NCBI GenBank assembly: GCA_051439425.1
Contig: JBFRWD010000065.1
Span: forward strand, 1 to 31,255
DNA length: 31,255 nucleotides
Direction: 5' to 3'
Source of the DNA: Synechococcus sp.
GTDB taxonomy: Bacteria; Cyanobacteriota; Cyanobacteriia; Thermostichales; PCC-7336
The notes under the pieces were generated by a model that was given only the letters and a program-made list of their open reading frames with translations, had not been told where the DNA came from and searched no databases. This document shows positions 9,107 to 17,997 of the stretch, piece after piece. Each line of letters begins with the position of its first letter. Positions within the stretch are counted from its first letter, which is position 1. A program made the translations under genes and the position numbers.

Positions 9107-10894
9107 ATGATTCGCATCCTGATTGTTGACGACCTAAAAACTGTCCGCCAAATGTTGCGGATGTTTGTTGAAAATCAGCCGGATCTGGAAGTGATCGGAA
9201 CTGCTGCAGATGGTGATACGGCCCTCGAACAGATTGCCATGCTGCAACCGGATGTTGCACTGGTTGACCTCGAAATGCCCGGCACCAACGGTTTGGAAGT
9301 GGTGCGCATTGCCGGACAGAACCACCCCAAAACTAAGATCCTGGTGTTGACCACAATGGATGGGGTGGATGTGGTGTCGCAAGCACTGCAGGCCGGGGCT
9401 AAAGGGTATTTGTTGAAAACAGCCTCGGAAGAGGATCTCATTAGTGCCATTCGCTCCGTGCACAAAGGATTTGTGCAACTCAGCCCCGGAATGCTAGAGC
9501 GGTTGGTAGATGCAGGAAACACGGGATCTGCACTAGCTCCGGTGGGGACGGGAGCCGCGATCGCTTCTGCTGACGACGTTACGGCGTTGGCGGCAAAATC
9601 CCCAACACAGCAGGATTTGCACCGCTTCGACCAACCCGTTGTGTTGCGGCAAGATCCCGTCTGGTCCCGCTGGATCTTACGCACGATTGTGGGGGCATCT
9701 GCTGGAGCGATTCTGTGGGCATCATTTGCCAAAATAGAGGCCGCTGTCCCTGCTCGCGGAAAATTAGAACCTAGCGGAACGGTTCAAGAAGTGCAGGTGC
9801 CCGTACCGGGTGTGGTCTCTGAAATCTTTATTCGGGACGGAGATACGGTTGAAGCGGGAGAGCTGCTCATGCGGCTAGATGCCACAGTCTCGACAGCTCA
9901 GTCCGAATCCATTCAGGATCGTCGTTCTCTGTTGCAAGAAGAGCGGGCTGTTTATCAAGCGCTACTGGCCAATCGGGGAGAGGAGTTGACTTGGTCATCC
10001 GAGGCTCGCGATCTCTACCGCTCGAATTCAGATCGCTTCCGCTCCGATGGTGAGGCTGCGCGATTGCAGATTAATCAGCTTCAACAGCAGTTGGCGCAGA
10101 CGGATGTTCAATTGCGCAATGAACGGGCCAATTTGGAGCTCAACGAGACCATCTTGGGGGATATTGAGCCGCTGTTCGAAGAGGGGGGAGTATCTCGCTT
10201 GCAATACCTCCGCCAGCAGCAGGAGGTGCAAACAAATGTATCGGAAATCGCTCGTATCGCCGAACAACAGGGCGAGCTTCGGTTTGCGATCGCTCAGGCC
10301 AACGAGCAGGTAACCTCTACCACATCCGAGTACGAACGGAACTGGAACAATCGCCTGCGCGAGGTGGAGCAGTTGCTGATTGAATCTGAATCTGAGTTGA
10401 CAGAGGTGGCCCAGACCCAGTTGTACGAAGAGATTCGGGCCCCAATTGACGGAACTATTTTTGATGTTCAGACTCCTCGGGTAGGAGCTGTCGTGAATGC
10501 CAGCGAACCGATCCTGAAAATTGTGCCTGGGGACACACTGGTCGCACGGGTGTTTATTACCAACCAAGACATCGGATTTTTGCGGATAGGTATGCCAGTT
10601 GATGTACGAATTGACTCGTATTCCTACAGCGAGTTTGGCGATATTAAAGGAGAGTTGGTTCATATCGGCTCGGATGCATTACCCCCCGATCCGGAGGCCA
10701 ATCGTCAGTTTGAAGCGTTTCCAGCCGAAGTAGTATTGGACGATCAGGTCCTGCGGGCGGGCAATTTCGAATTTAGCCTGCAGTCCGGGATGTCAGTCAG
10801 TGCCAACATTCGCACCCGCAAGCGGAGAGTCATTAGCATCTTTACAGAGCTATTCCAGAGAGGGGTGGTAGATCCCTTGACTCAAACTCAGTAG
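9107..10894 (+). CDS. Response-regulator receiver domain fused to HlyD-family membrane fusion protein
   Basis: ATG at 9107 with GAGGA upstream. aa 1-125 NarL-like REC (IVDD, LVDLEMP, VLTT, GYLLK). Then FDQPVVLRQ, a TM helix, lipoyl-like halves (VPVPGVV..IRDGDTV; IRAPIDGTI), a coiled coil and GMSVSANI. Confidence 0.9.
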   Translation: MIRILIVDDLKTVRQMLRMFVENQPDLEVIGTAADGDTALEQIAMLQPDVALVDLEMPGTNGLEVVRIAGQNHPKTKILVLTTMDGVDVVSQALQAGAKGYLLKTASEEDLISAIRSVHKGFVQLSPGMLERLVDAGNTGSALAPVGTGAAIASADDVTALAAKSPTQQDLHRFDQPVVLRQDPVWSRWILRTIVGASAGAILWASFAKIEAAVPARGKLEPSGTVQEVQVPVPGVVSEIFIRDGDTVEAGELLMRLDATVSTAQSESIQDRRSLLQEERAVYQALLANRGEELTWSSEARDLYRSNSDRFRSDGEAARLQINQLQQQLAQTDVQLRNERANLELNETILGDIEPLFEEGGVSRLQYLRQQQEVQTNVSEIARIAEQQGELRFAIAQANEQVTSTTSEYERNWNNRLREVEQLLIESESELTEVAQTQLYEEIRAPIDGTIFDVQTPRVGAVVNASEPILKIVPGDTLVARVFITNQDIGFLRIGMPVDVRIDSYSYSEFGDIKGELVHIGSDALPPDPEANRQFEAFPAEVVLDDQVLRAGNFEFSLQSGMSVSANIRTRKRRVISIFTELFQRGVVDPLTQTQ

Positions 10895-11111
10895 TCGAGA
10901 CGACGATGCTTGCAAGGTCATTTGCCATTCTTTAGCCTTCTGTACTTGCGTCAGCCTCGTTTCGGGTCAGGATAACGTCAGCGAAATTCCATCGAAAATA
11001 CAGGTTGTAGATGCGCGATCGCCATCCGATGCCCGTTACTATAAACTAAGGGCTGTCTAGTTCATTCAGGGCAGATCCGACAGATTTTCCGCTGTTTGGT
11101 TTGAGTAGGTT

Positions 11112-12623
11112 ATGGATCGGTTTGAGGATTCTGCACAGGCCCAGTCCCCATCCACTGACGATCTAGACCGACTCTCATCCAACAGTACTTCTACCCTGAT
11201 TCCAGAACCGCCGTCGCCAGCTTTTCCCAACAGCTCGAATCCATCCAACCAACGAGATCGGGTTATTCGGGACAGCATGGATAGTCATTGCCAAGATGCG
11301 GAGGCGGACGGCAATTATGCAGATGTATTGCAGAACAAGAATTTCTTAGTGCTGTGGGGAGGGCAGATTTTTTCCCAATTGGCAGACAAGGTGTTCTTAG
11401 TCCTACTGGTGGCGCTTGTCTCCTCTCACTACGCCCTGCAGCAAGATTCCATTAGTTCTTGGGTGGCAGCCATCATGGTGGCGTTTACCATCCCAGCCGT
11501 GCTGTTCGGCTCGATCGCGGGAGTGTATGTCGATCGCTGGTCCAAGAAATGGGTCATGGTCGGCACCAATCTGGTGCGCGGTCTCCTCGTGTTAGCTGTT
11601 CCGCTCTTGTTTGCGGGATTCAACTCGATGATTGACTCACCCCTCTATCTGTGGGGGTGGCCGCTCGATTTTGTTGCCCTGTTGGGGATTACCTTTGCTG
11701 TGTCTACGCTGACGCAGTTTTTTGCCCCAGCCGAACAAACGGCCATTCCGCTGATTGTACGTAAGCGCAATCTACTGCCTGCGAATTCCCTTTACACCAC
11801 AACCATGATGGCGTCTGTCATTATTGGTTTTGCCATCGGAGAACCGATTTTGGCACTGGCTAACCAAGTATCGATGTGGCTGAATTGGGGGCCGGAACTC
11901 GGCTCCGAGCTGGCAGTGGGGGGAGGGTATGCCATTGCTGGTGCGCTTCTATTGGCAATGGTCACCGGGGAACGCCGCCAGCAGCCCAGTAGCTCGGAAC
12001 CGAACCGCCAAGTGTGGCAAGACATTCGCGAGGGGCTGCGCTATTTGGGACGCACTGTTAGGGTGCGGACTGCAATTGGCCAAATGGTCATTTTGTTTTC
12101 GATATTTGCGGCTCTGGCAGTTCTGGCAGTCAGATTGGCCGAGTTGATCCCCGAGTTATCAGCCGCTCAGTTTGGTGTACTGTTGGCTGCTGCTGGCATT
12201 GGGATGGGGCTGGGAGCACTAATCGTCGGGCAATGGGGAGCGCGCCTTTCCCGACAGATGTGGAGTGCGATCGGGTCTGTAGGCGTTGCAGCTTCATTGA
12301 TGGCATTGGCTATGATGGATCCGGTGCTTTGGCCTAGCTTGCTTGGAATTGCTGGATTGGGATGTGCGGGGGCAATGGTTGGGGTTCCGATGCAAACGTT
12401 GATCCAGGAAGAAACGCCATCGGCGATGCGGGGTAAGGTATTTGGCCTGCAGAATAATTTGGTGAACATTGCTTTGTCCCTGCCGCTAGCTTTGGCCAGT
12501 GTGGCTGAAAACAAATTTGGGTTGTCTCCAGTCCTCATGACTCTTGCTGCCCTGTCCGTTCTCTCTGCTGTCGTGGGCTGGAAAGCAATGGAGTCAGACA
12601 CGAGTGCAAGTAGTTGCCAGTAG
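11112..12623 (+). CDS. MFS transporter (conserved cyanobacterial family)
   Basis: NFLVLWGGQIFSQLADK, AGVYVDRW, TQFFAPAEQ, MRGKVFGLQNN. About 12 hydrophobic segments. True start may be downstream (e.g. Met at 11277). Confidence 0.87.
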   Translation: MDRFEDSAQAQSPSTDDLDRLSSNSTSTLIPEPPSPAFPNSSNPSNQRDRVIRDSMDSHCQDAEADGNYADVLQNKNFLVLWGGQIFSQLADKVFLVLLVALVSSHYALQQDSISSWVAAIMVAFTIPAVLFGSIAGVYVDRWSKKWVMVGTNLVRGLLVLAVPLLFAGFNSMIDSPLYLWGWPLDFVALLGITFAVSTLTQFFAPAEQTAIPLIVRKRNLLPANSLYTTTMMASVIIGFAIGEPILALANQVSMWLNWGPELGSELAVGGGYAIAGALLLAMVTGERRQQPSSSEPNRQVWQDIREGLRYLGRTVRVRTAIGQMVILFSIFAALAVLAVRLAELIPELSAAQFGVLLAAAGIGMGLGALIVGQWGARLSRQMWSAIGSVGVAASLMALAMMDPVLWPSLLGIAGLGCAGAMVGVPMQTLIQEETPSAMRGKVFGLQNNLVNIALSLPLALASVAENKFGLSPVLMTLAALSVLSAVVGWKAMESDTSASSCQ

Positions 12624-12889
12624 GCGCGCCTCTCTAGCGATCGCTCTGGATTCCAGCGAAACGTACGTGCAAGGTTGTGTGTGCCAGAGTTGCTCGCCAG
12701 AGACAACAGGCATGCAGAGGTTATCGAGCTGTTGTCTCTCTGCACCCAGAGATTGAGTGTTTTGTCAGCTTTTTCGACCCCTCTTCCATTTGCGCCGAAT
12801 AGCAGTGGCCATCGTACTGCGGATATTTCAGCTACGGTCAATCCCTGACTACGACTGAAAGCCTTTGTCCTAAATTAGATGGCAGACAC

Positions 12890-12994
12890 TATAGCGCGAG
12901 GTAATCCACTATGGAGAGTTCTCTACTCATTTCTCCTGGTAGATTAAGGCTTTGAGCTGCCTCCCGACTCTAGACCTGACAACGGATTGCCATA
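12890..12994 (+). mobile_element. MITE-like dispersed repeat, copy 1
   Basis: TATAGCGCGA-GGTAATCCACTATGGAGAG...AGACCTGACAACGGATTGCC-ATA. 105 bp, aligns without gaps to the other copies. Confidence 0.8.
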
Positions 12995-13060
12995 CATTTG
13001 CCCTCAACCGTTCATATCGCTTACTTTTAAAAATGTTAAACAAACGTTTCGGTTGTCTGC

Positions 13061-14260
13061 ATGCATATTGCTTGGCTGGGCAAGAAGTCTCCGTTTTGTG
13101 GCAATGTCACCTACGGTTTGGAGGTTACTAACGCACTGATTCAGCGCGGGCACAAAGTCAGCTTTATTCACTTTGCAGACGGAAACACCGAGCACTCTAA
13201 CAATGGCGAATTAATCCAAGATGGTAGTTGGGAGGAAGAGGTTTCTCTGCCCTTCCTGTATAAATCTCAAATCCTCACCATTCACACCCCAAAATCGAGT
13301 AAAGTTCTGGCCAACGCTCTGCAGGATATTCAGCCCGATCTGGTGCATGCCTCACTCACTCTTTCCCCTCTCGATCTCTCGTTGCCCGAACTGTATAAAG
13401 ACTTAGGAATTCCGGCTGTTTCGACATTTCACCCAGCCTTCGATCGCCGCCGTCGCAATATTGCCTCGCGCACTCAACACTTTTTGTACAAGCTTTACGC
13501 GCCTTCGCTAGCCAACTACGACAGCACGGTTATCTTCTCTCAGATTCAGAAGCGGATTTTGGAGGAGATGGGGGTGCCGGGCGATCGAATCGCGATTATT
13601 CCTAATGGGGTCGATGTGGCGAAATATTCTCCCGGCCCTTCGAATATCAAGGAAGAGCTGGGGGCCGAGCGTCTGTTTGTGTACCAGGGGCGCATTTCCC
13701 CCGAGAAGAATGTAGAAGCCTTGCTGAAAGCTTGGAAGCAAGCCCAGATGGGGCCTCAAGCCAAGCTCGCTATTATCGGCGACGGACCGATGGCAGCCAC
13801 ATTGAAAAGCTTCTACCATGCTGAACATGGAATTGAGTGGTTGGGTTATATCTCAGATGAGGCCAGAAGAGTTGAGATTCTGCGCGGAGCAGATGTGTTT
13901 ATCCTGCCGTCCTTGATTGAAGGGTTGTCGCTATCGATGTTGGAGGCGATGGCATGTGGAGTGGCTATTGTGGCTACTGACGTGGGGGCCGATGGAGAGG
14001 CGATCGGAGATGGAGCCGGTATCATCCTGTCTCCTTTCAAAACGGCAAATGAACTGGCAACACTTCTGCCCATATTGCGCGATCAGCGAGAGTTTACGCA
14101 ATTGTTGGGGGTGAAGGCGCGACAACGAGTGTTGCAGCGTTATACTTTGAGCCGCAATATCTCCCAATTGGAAGAGCTGTATGCTAGGGTCACCGGACAG
14201 CTGAAAGAGCAAGATTTACCAATCCAGGAACATCCACTGTCAGCGCAACGATCTCGCTGA
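13061..14260 (+). CDS. dgdA: GT4 glycosyltransferase, probable digalactosyldiacylglycerol synthase
   Basis: MHIAWLGKKSPFCGNVTY N-terminus, as recalled for cyanobacterial DgdA/Ycf82. GT4 motifs IPNGVD, GRISPEKNV, EGLSLSMLEAMACG. Confidence 0.72.
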   Translation: MHIAWLGKKSPFCGNVTYGLEVTNALIQRGHKVSFIHFADGNTEHSNNGELIQDGSWEEEVSLPFLYKSQILTIHTPKSSKVLANALQDIQPDLVHASLTLSPLDLSLPELYKDLGIPAVSTFHPAFDRRRRNIASRTQHFLYKLYAPSLANYDSTVIFSQIQKRILEEMGVPGDRIAIIPNGVDVAKYSPGPSNIKEELGAERLFVYQGRISPEKNVEALLKAWKQAQMGPQAKLAIIGDGPMAATLKSFYHAEHGIEWLGYISDEARRVEILRGADVFILPSLIEGLSLSMLEAMACGVAIVATDVGADGEAIGDGAGIILSPFKTANELATLLPILRDQREFTQLLGVKARQRVLQRYTLSRNISQLEELYARVTGQLKEQDLPIQEHPLSAQRSR

Positions 14261-14305
14261 GCAGGCAGATCGTTTTTCTGGTCATTCTGGTCATCCAGTA
14301 AGATC

Positions 14306-14401
14306 GGCAATCCGCTATGGAGAGTTTCCTAAGTACTTTTCCTTGCCAATAAAGGGTTCTAGCTATCTCGATACTCCAGACCTTAGAGCGAATTGCCTAT
14401 A
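14306..14401 (+). mobile_element. MITE-like dispersed repeat, copy 2 (left outer end decayed)
   Basis: GGCAATCCGCTATGGAGAG...AGACCTTAGAGCGAATTGCC-TATA. 92-bp core at 14306-14397. Confidence 0.8.
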
Positions 14402-14418
14402 GTCTGCAGCAGAACTGG

Positions 14419-14922
14419 TCATTCGGAGGTGGTTGGGGACTCTCGCAATCGCCAGTCTTTACTGATGCTACGGATGCGGTCGATCATCAACACACCATCC
14501 AAATGATCTAGCTCGTGCTGAACAACAACCGCTTCAAATCCTTCTAAGTCGTGCTCGAAGGAGTTGCCGAGGCGATCGCAGCCCTTCACCGCTAGTCGCT
14601 TAGCCCGTTTGACAGTTGCCAAGTACTCGGGGAAGCTCAGACACCCTTCTCGTGCCATCTTCCAGCGGGAGCTACGCACAATGATTGGGTTAACGTAGAC
14701 TCTCAGATCGGATTCTGGCTGTTGAGGATGGAGATCGACGAGAAAAACCCGCAATGGCAATCCCACCTGGGTTGCAGCTAGCCCAATAGCCCCTGGGGAG
14801 GCGTATAGAGTCTCGATCAAGTCATCAATTCGCGCTTGAAATTCATGGCCAAAATCCACAACGGCCTCAGCAGGCTGCCGCAGAATGGGGTCGGGATACT
14901 CGTAAATGTCTAAGACGGCCAT
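14419..14922 (-). CDS. def: Peptide deformylase
   Basis: All three motifs present: GAIGLAATQVG, EGCLS, QHELDHLDG. Confidence 0.93.
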   Translation of the reverse strand: MAVLDIYEYPDPILRQPAEAVVDFGHEFQARIDDLIETLYASPGAIGLAATQVGLPLRVFLVDLHPQQPESDLRVYVNPIIVRSSRWKMAREGCLSFPEYLATVKRAKRLAVKGCDRLGNSFEHDLEGFEAVVVQHELDHLDGVLMIDRIRSISKDWRLRESPTTSE

Positions 14923-15005
14923 AGCTGCTCTGGGGCAAGCGCTGTGTAAGAATTTGCCAGCGATTAAGTTGTCTCAAGTTGCCCTTACATGTGGCAAGCT
15001 CGGGC

Positions 15006-15557
15006 TTACAACGTCATTACATCAATAGGCTCAACTTGAATATCGAGTTCCAGTTGTGCTTGGAGTTGTTCCATCCCTTGCACGAAGCTTTCTGATGTGA
15101 GGTCATCAGGCAACACAATCTCCAGCAACAGCAGATAAACGGCTTGCTTGCTGCCCATCAACCGTCTGGAAGAGACATCGACAACATTGATACTGCGGCT
15201 GGCCAAGTAATTGGTAACGCTAAAGACAATTCCGGGTCTGTCTGCACCCGCCACCCGGATCAGATAACGGGGAGCTTCAGACTCTTGACGGTGCCCATCT
15301 CCTTCGACTGCAGACACGCGCAAATGAAGATCCAGTGCCCCTAACTCTGAGCGTCGTCGAGCGATCGCGGCTTCAATCTCCTGAACGCTCAGAGGGGTAT
15401 CGCCATCGCTAAGCAACATCAGCATCGCAAACTGACCCCCCAATCGAGTCATGGAGGTGTCTTCAAGATTGGCCCCTAAATCCAGCAACAACTTACTCAC
15501 TGCTGCCACCATTCCAGGGCGATCTCGACCAAATCCGCTCAACAAAAATCGATGCAT
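15006..15557 (-). CDS. Tandem ACT-domain protein (GcvR-like)
   Basis: Two ACT repeats starting GRDRPGMVAAVS and GADRPGIVFSVT, plus NLEDTSMTRLGGQFAM. Confidence 0.85.
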   Translation of the reverse strand: MHRFLLSGFGRDRPGMVAAVSKLLLDLGANLEDTSMTRLGGQFAMLMLLSDGDTPLSVQEIEAAIARRRSELGALDLHLRVSAVEGDGHRQESEAPRYLIRVAGADRPGIVFSVTNYLASRSINVVDVSSRRLMGSKQAVYLLLLEIVLPDDLTSESFVQGMEQLQAQLELDIQVEPIDVMTL

Positions 15558-15736
15558 GATTCTAGTTGATGAACTGTATGACGTAGCCAGACTCTCTGAA
15601 GGAGAGCCGACCTTTGGAGTAAAGCTATCCAGTCAGGCTTGAGGAGCTACTAGCCGAATCGATGCGGTAAAGGCTGGTATCGATGGGAGACTCGTATTTG
15701 GACTACTTGGACGCAAGCTAGGATTGCTCTTGCAGA

Positions 15737-15961
15737 CTAATCCCCGATAATCTCGGGTTCTACTAACTCATCAGACATTTCCAGTACTGCTCGTTTGACA
15801 GGCTTGAGCATGCTGTCGTCCACTTCATCAGATTCGTCGTAACGACGGCGCTTCGCACGATTGGCCACCTGTACGGTAATGCGATAGCGGTTATTCGAAT
15901 AGGTAATCAGTTCTTCTACGCGACGTGCCAAATCGGCATCGTCCATCTGTAGTTGATTCAT
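15737..15961 (-). CDS. rpoZ: RNA polymerase omega subunit (cyanobacterial RpoZ/Ycf61)
   Basis: SNNRYRITVQVANRAKRRRY and KPVKRAVLEMSDELVEPEII. Confidence 0.9.
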   Translation of the reverse strand: MNQLQMDDADLARRVEELITYSNNRYRITVQVANRAKRRRYDESDEVDDSMLKPVKRAVLEMSDELVEPEIIGD

Positions 15962-16047
15962 GGGGGCGGGTAATCCGTAATGGGATGGGCGTTCGCAGAC
16001 AATGATTATATCAAGAGGGCTGCGGGTGTAGTGAAAGGGGCTCTTAT

Positions 16048-16089
16048 TGGTCCCTGGTCCTTAGTCCTTGGTCCCTTGTCCTTGGTCCT
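16048..16089. repeat. STRR-like heptamer tandem array (6 x TGGTCCY-like)
   Basis: TGGTCCC TGGTCCT TAGTCCT TGGTCCC TTGTCCT TGGTCCT. Confidence 0.88.
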
Positions 16090-16121
16090 CTTCGTGAGTT
16101 GTTGTTGATTCATTGCGCCAG

Positions 16122-16163
16122 CGACGAATGACCAATGACTCGTGACTCGTGACGAATGACTCA
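16122..16163. repeat. STRR2-like heptamer tandem array (6 x TGACNNN)
   Basis: CGACGAA TGACCAA TGACTCG TGACTCG TGACGAA TGACTCA. TGACCAA is the reverse complement of STRR2 TTGGTCA. Confidence 0.85.
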
Positions 16164-17582
16164 CCTCCCATACCAACTAAACCCATCTGGCACTTCATCC
16201 AAAATCTCCCCAAATAAGTCATACGGCTCCGCTGCCGAGATCCGAACAGGCACAAGCCCACCCAGACGTCCATTGCCTCGCACGTACACAACACCGTCCA
16301 CCTCAGGGGCAAATCGGGGAGAGCGGCCGATAAAGATTCCAGTACTGGGATTTTCCTGCTCTAACAGCACGGGCACTACCGACCCCACGAGTTCGCGGTT
16401 GCGCTTGAAGGTGATTCCCTGCTGAACGGCCATGAGGCGATCGCGTCGGTCGTCCATGACGGTCTGCTCAACTCGATTGGGGAGATCGTAGGCAGGGGTG
16501 CCTTCCTCCGGGGAAAAGGTAAACACCCCAACATGATCGAACTCGTGGCGTTGCACGAACTCCAGTAGGTGTTGGAAGTGTTCTTCGGTCTCTCCGGGGA
16601 ACCCCACAATGAACGTGGTGCGCATGGTGGCATTGGGGAGAAGTTCGCGCATTTTGGTGATGATGCGATCGTTGACCTGCCCCTGCCAGGGACGGTTCAT
16701 TGCCTTTAGCACGTCTGGGTGGCTGTGTTGCAGGGGGAGGTCGAGATAGGGAAGAAAGTTGGGAGTCTCTTCAATTGCTTTCAATACATCAGCTGTTAAC
16801 CCTGTGGGATAGGCGTAGTGCATGCGAATCCAAGGAACATCCACGTCACCAAGAGCACGAATTAATTCCGCCAGTTGGGGCTTTCCGTACAAATCCAGCC
16901 CGTAGTTTGTGGTGATCTGGGAAATCAACACTAGTTCTTGGACACCTTCTGCGGCCAATTGCTTAGCTTCCGTCACAATGGACTCGATCGATCGCGATCG
17001 TTGATTGCCTCGCAGGTGAGGAATGATGCAAAAGGCGCAGCGGTAATCGCAGCCTTCTGCCACCCGCACATAAGCAACTGATGCATTAGTGGTGCGGTAG
17101 CGAGGGACAGTCTCATCTGCGATGTAATTTAAATCGGAGGTGACCGCATTGACCCGCTCGCCATTCTCCACTCGGGAAATCACGTCAACAATATTTTGAT
17201 AATCCCCCGTTCCCACCAGAGCAACGGCCTCTGGAAGTTCATCCAGAAGTTCTTGCTGAAAATGTTGTGCCATGCAACCCGCGATGACCACTTTTTTGCC
17301 CTGTTCGGCCAAGTTCACCAACGTGCGTACGGACTCCGCCCGAGCCTCGGCAATGAAGCTGCAGGTGTTGACGATCGCATAGTCAGCCTCGTCTTCATTC
17401 ACGCTGACGTCATATCCTGCCCGAGCAAGTAGCCCCAACATGTGTTCGGTATCCACCCGATTTTTTTCACAACCCAGATGGGCCACAGCAATAGTTGGCT
17501 TGCGGCTGTTGGTCGATTGGGTATCGGGCGATTGATTATCGGGCGATTGAGTTGCTTGAGGGGACAGTGAGGCGGAGGCCAT
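16161..17582 (-). CDS. rimO: Ribosomal protein S12 methylthiotransferase RimO
   Basis: [27 protein letters not shown], radical-[15 protein letters not shown]-terminal TRAM (APEVDG). Start placed at ATG 17582 rather than the ORF-track 17675. Confidence 0.95.
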   Translation of the reverse strand: MASASLSPQATQSPDNQSPDTQSTNSRKPTIAVAHLGCEKNRVDTEHMLGLLARAGYDVSVNEDEADYAIVNTCSFIAEARAESVRTLVNLAEQGKKVVIAGCMAQHFQQELLDELPEAVALVGTGDYQNIVDVISRVENGERVNAVTSDLNYIADETVPRYRTTNASVAYVRVAEGCDYRCAFCIIPHLRGNQRSRSIESIVTEAKQLAAEGVQELVLISQITTNYGLDLYGKPQLAELIRALGDVDVPWIRMHYAYPTGLTADVLKAIEETPNFLPYLDLPLQHSHPDVLKAMNRPWQGQVNDRIITKMRELLPNATMRTTFIVGFPGETEEHFQHLLEFVQRHEFDHVGVFTFSPEEGTPAYDLPNRVEQTVMDDRRDRLMAVQQGITFKRNRELVGSVVPVLLEQENPSTGIFIGRSPRFAPEVDGVVYVRGNGRLGGLVPVRISAAEPYDLFGEILDEVPDGFSWYGR

Positions 17583-17747
17583 AACATAAACTTGAGCAGA
17601 GCCTACAGATCGTAACCTGTCAGTCTCGGCAGTACAAACCTCAGGCATTGTTTCGCGGTCGTTGAACCGTGACAACGTGCCAACTCACATAGGCTACGGA
17701 AATACGTTTGGGCAATCTGTTGAGTGGTTTACCTGTCACTGAAGACA

Positions 17748-17852
17748 TATGGCAATCGGCAATCCGCTATGGAGACCTCCCTGACTACTTTTCCTTGATA
17801 ATCAAGTATTTTCGCGGTCTCAACCCTTCAGACCTTACAGCGGATTGCCATA
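17748..17852 (+). mobile_element. MITE-like dispersed repeat, copy 3
   Basis: TATGGCAATC-GGCAATCCGCTATGGAGAC...AGACCTTACAGCGGATTGCC-ATA. 105 bp. Confidence 0.82.
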
Positions 17853-17869
17853 GTCCGTAAAACGCAAAA

Positions 17870-17902
17870 TGGCGATCGCCCTCCCGGTACAGACGATCGC
17901 CA
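17870..17902. terminator. HIP1-containing inverted repeat, possible terminator/hairpin
   Basis: TGGCGATCG(CC)...(GA)CGATCGCCA, preceded by AAAA, which gives a U-tract on the minus strand. Lies downstream of the 17998 gene. Confidence 0.4.
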
Positions 17903-17997
17903 ATTCATCACCAACTAGCTGTCGAAAGGCTGTTACAGATTAGCTATTAACATCGACAAAGTTCGGGATGGCCGGTTTCTATGGAAATATTCCACTC

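Noticed and set aside
10028..12841. Long antisense ORFs (10028-10663, 12167-12841) and similar shadows over dnaK and pgl
   Set aside because: They overlap well-supported genes on the opposite strand and have no recognisable motifs.
17514..17550. 15-bp-period repeat in the RimO N-terminus ([10 protein letters not shown])
   Set aside because: Short slippage duplication in a disordered leader with no sign of function.
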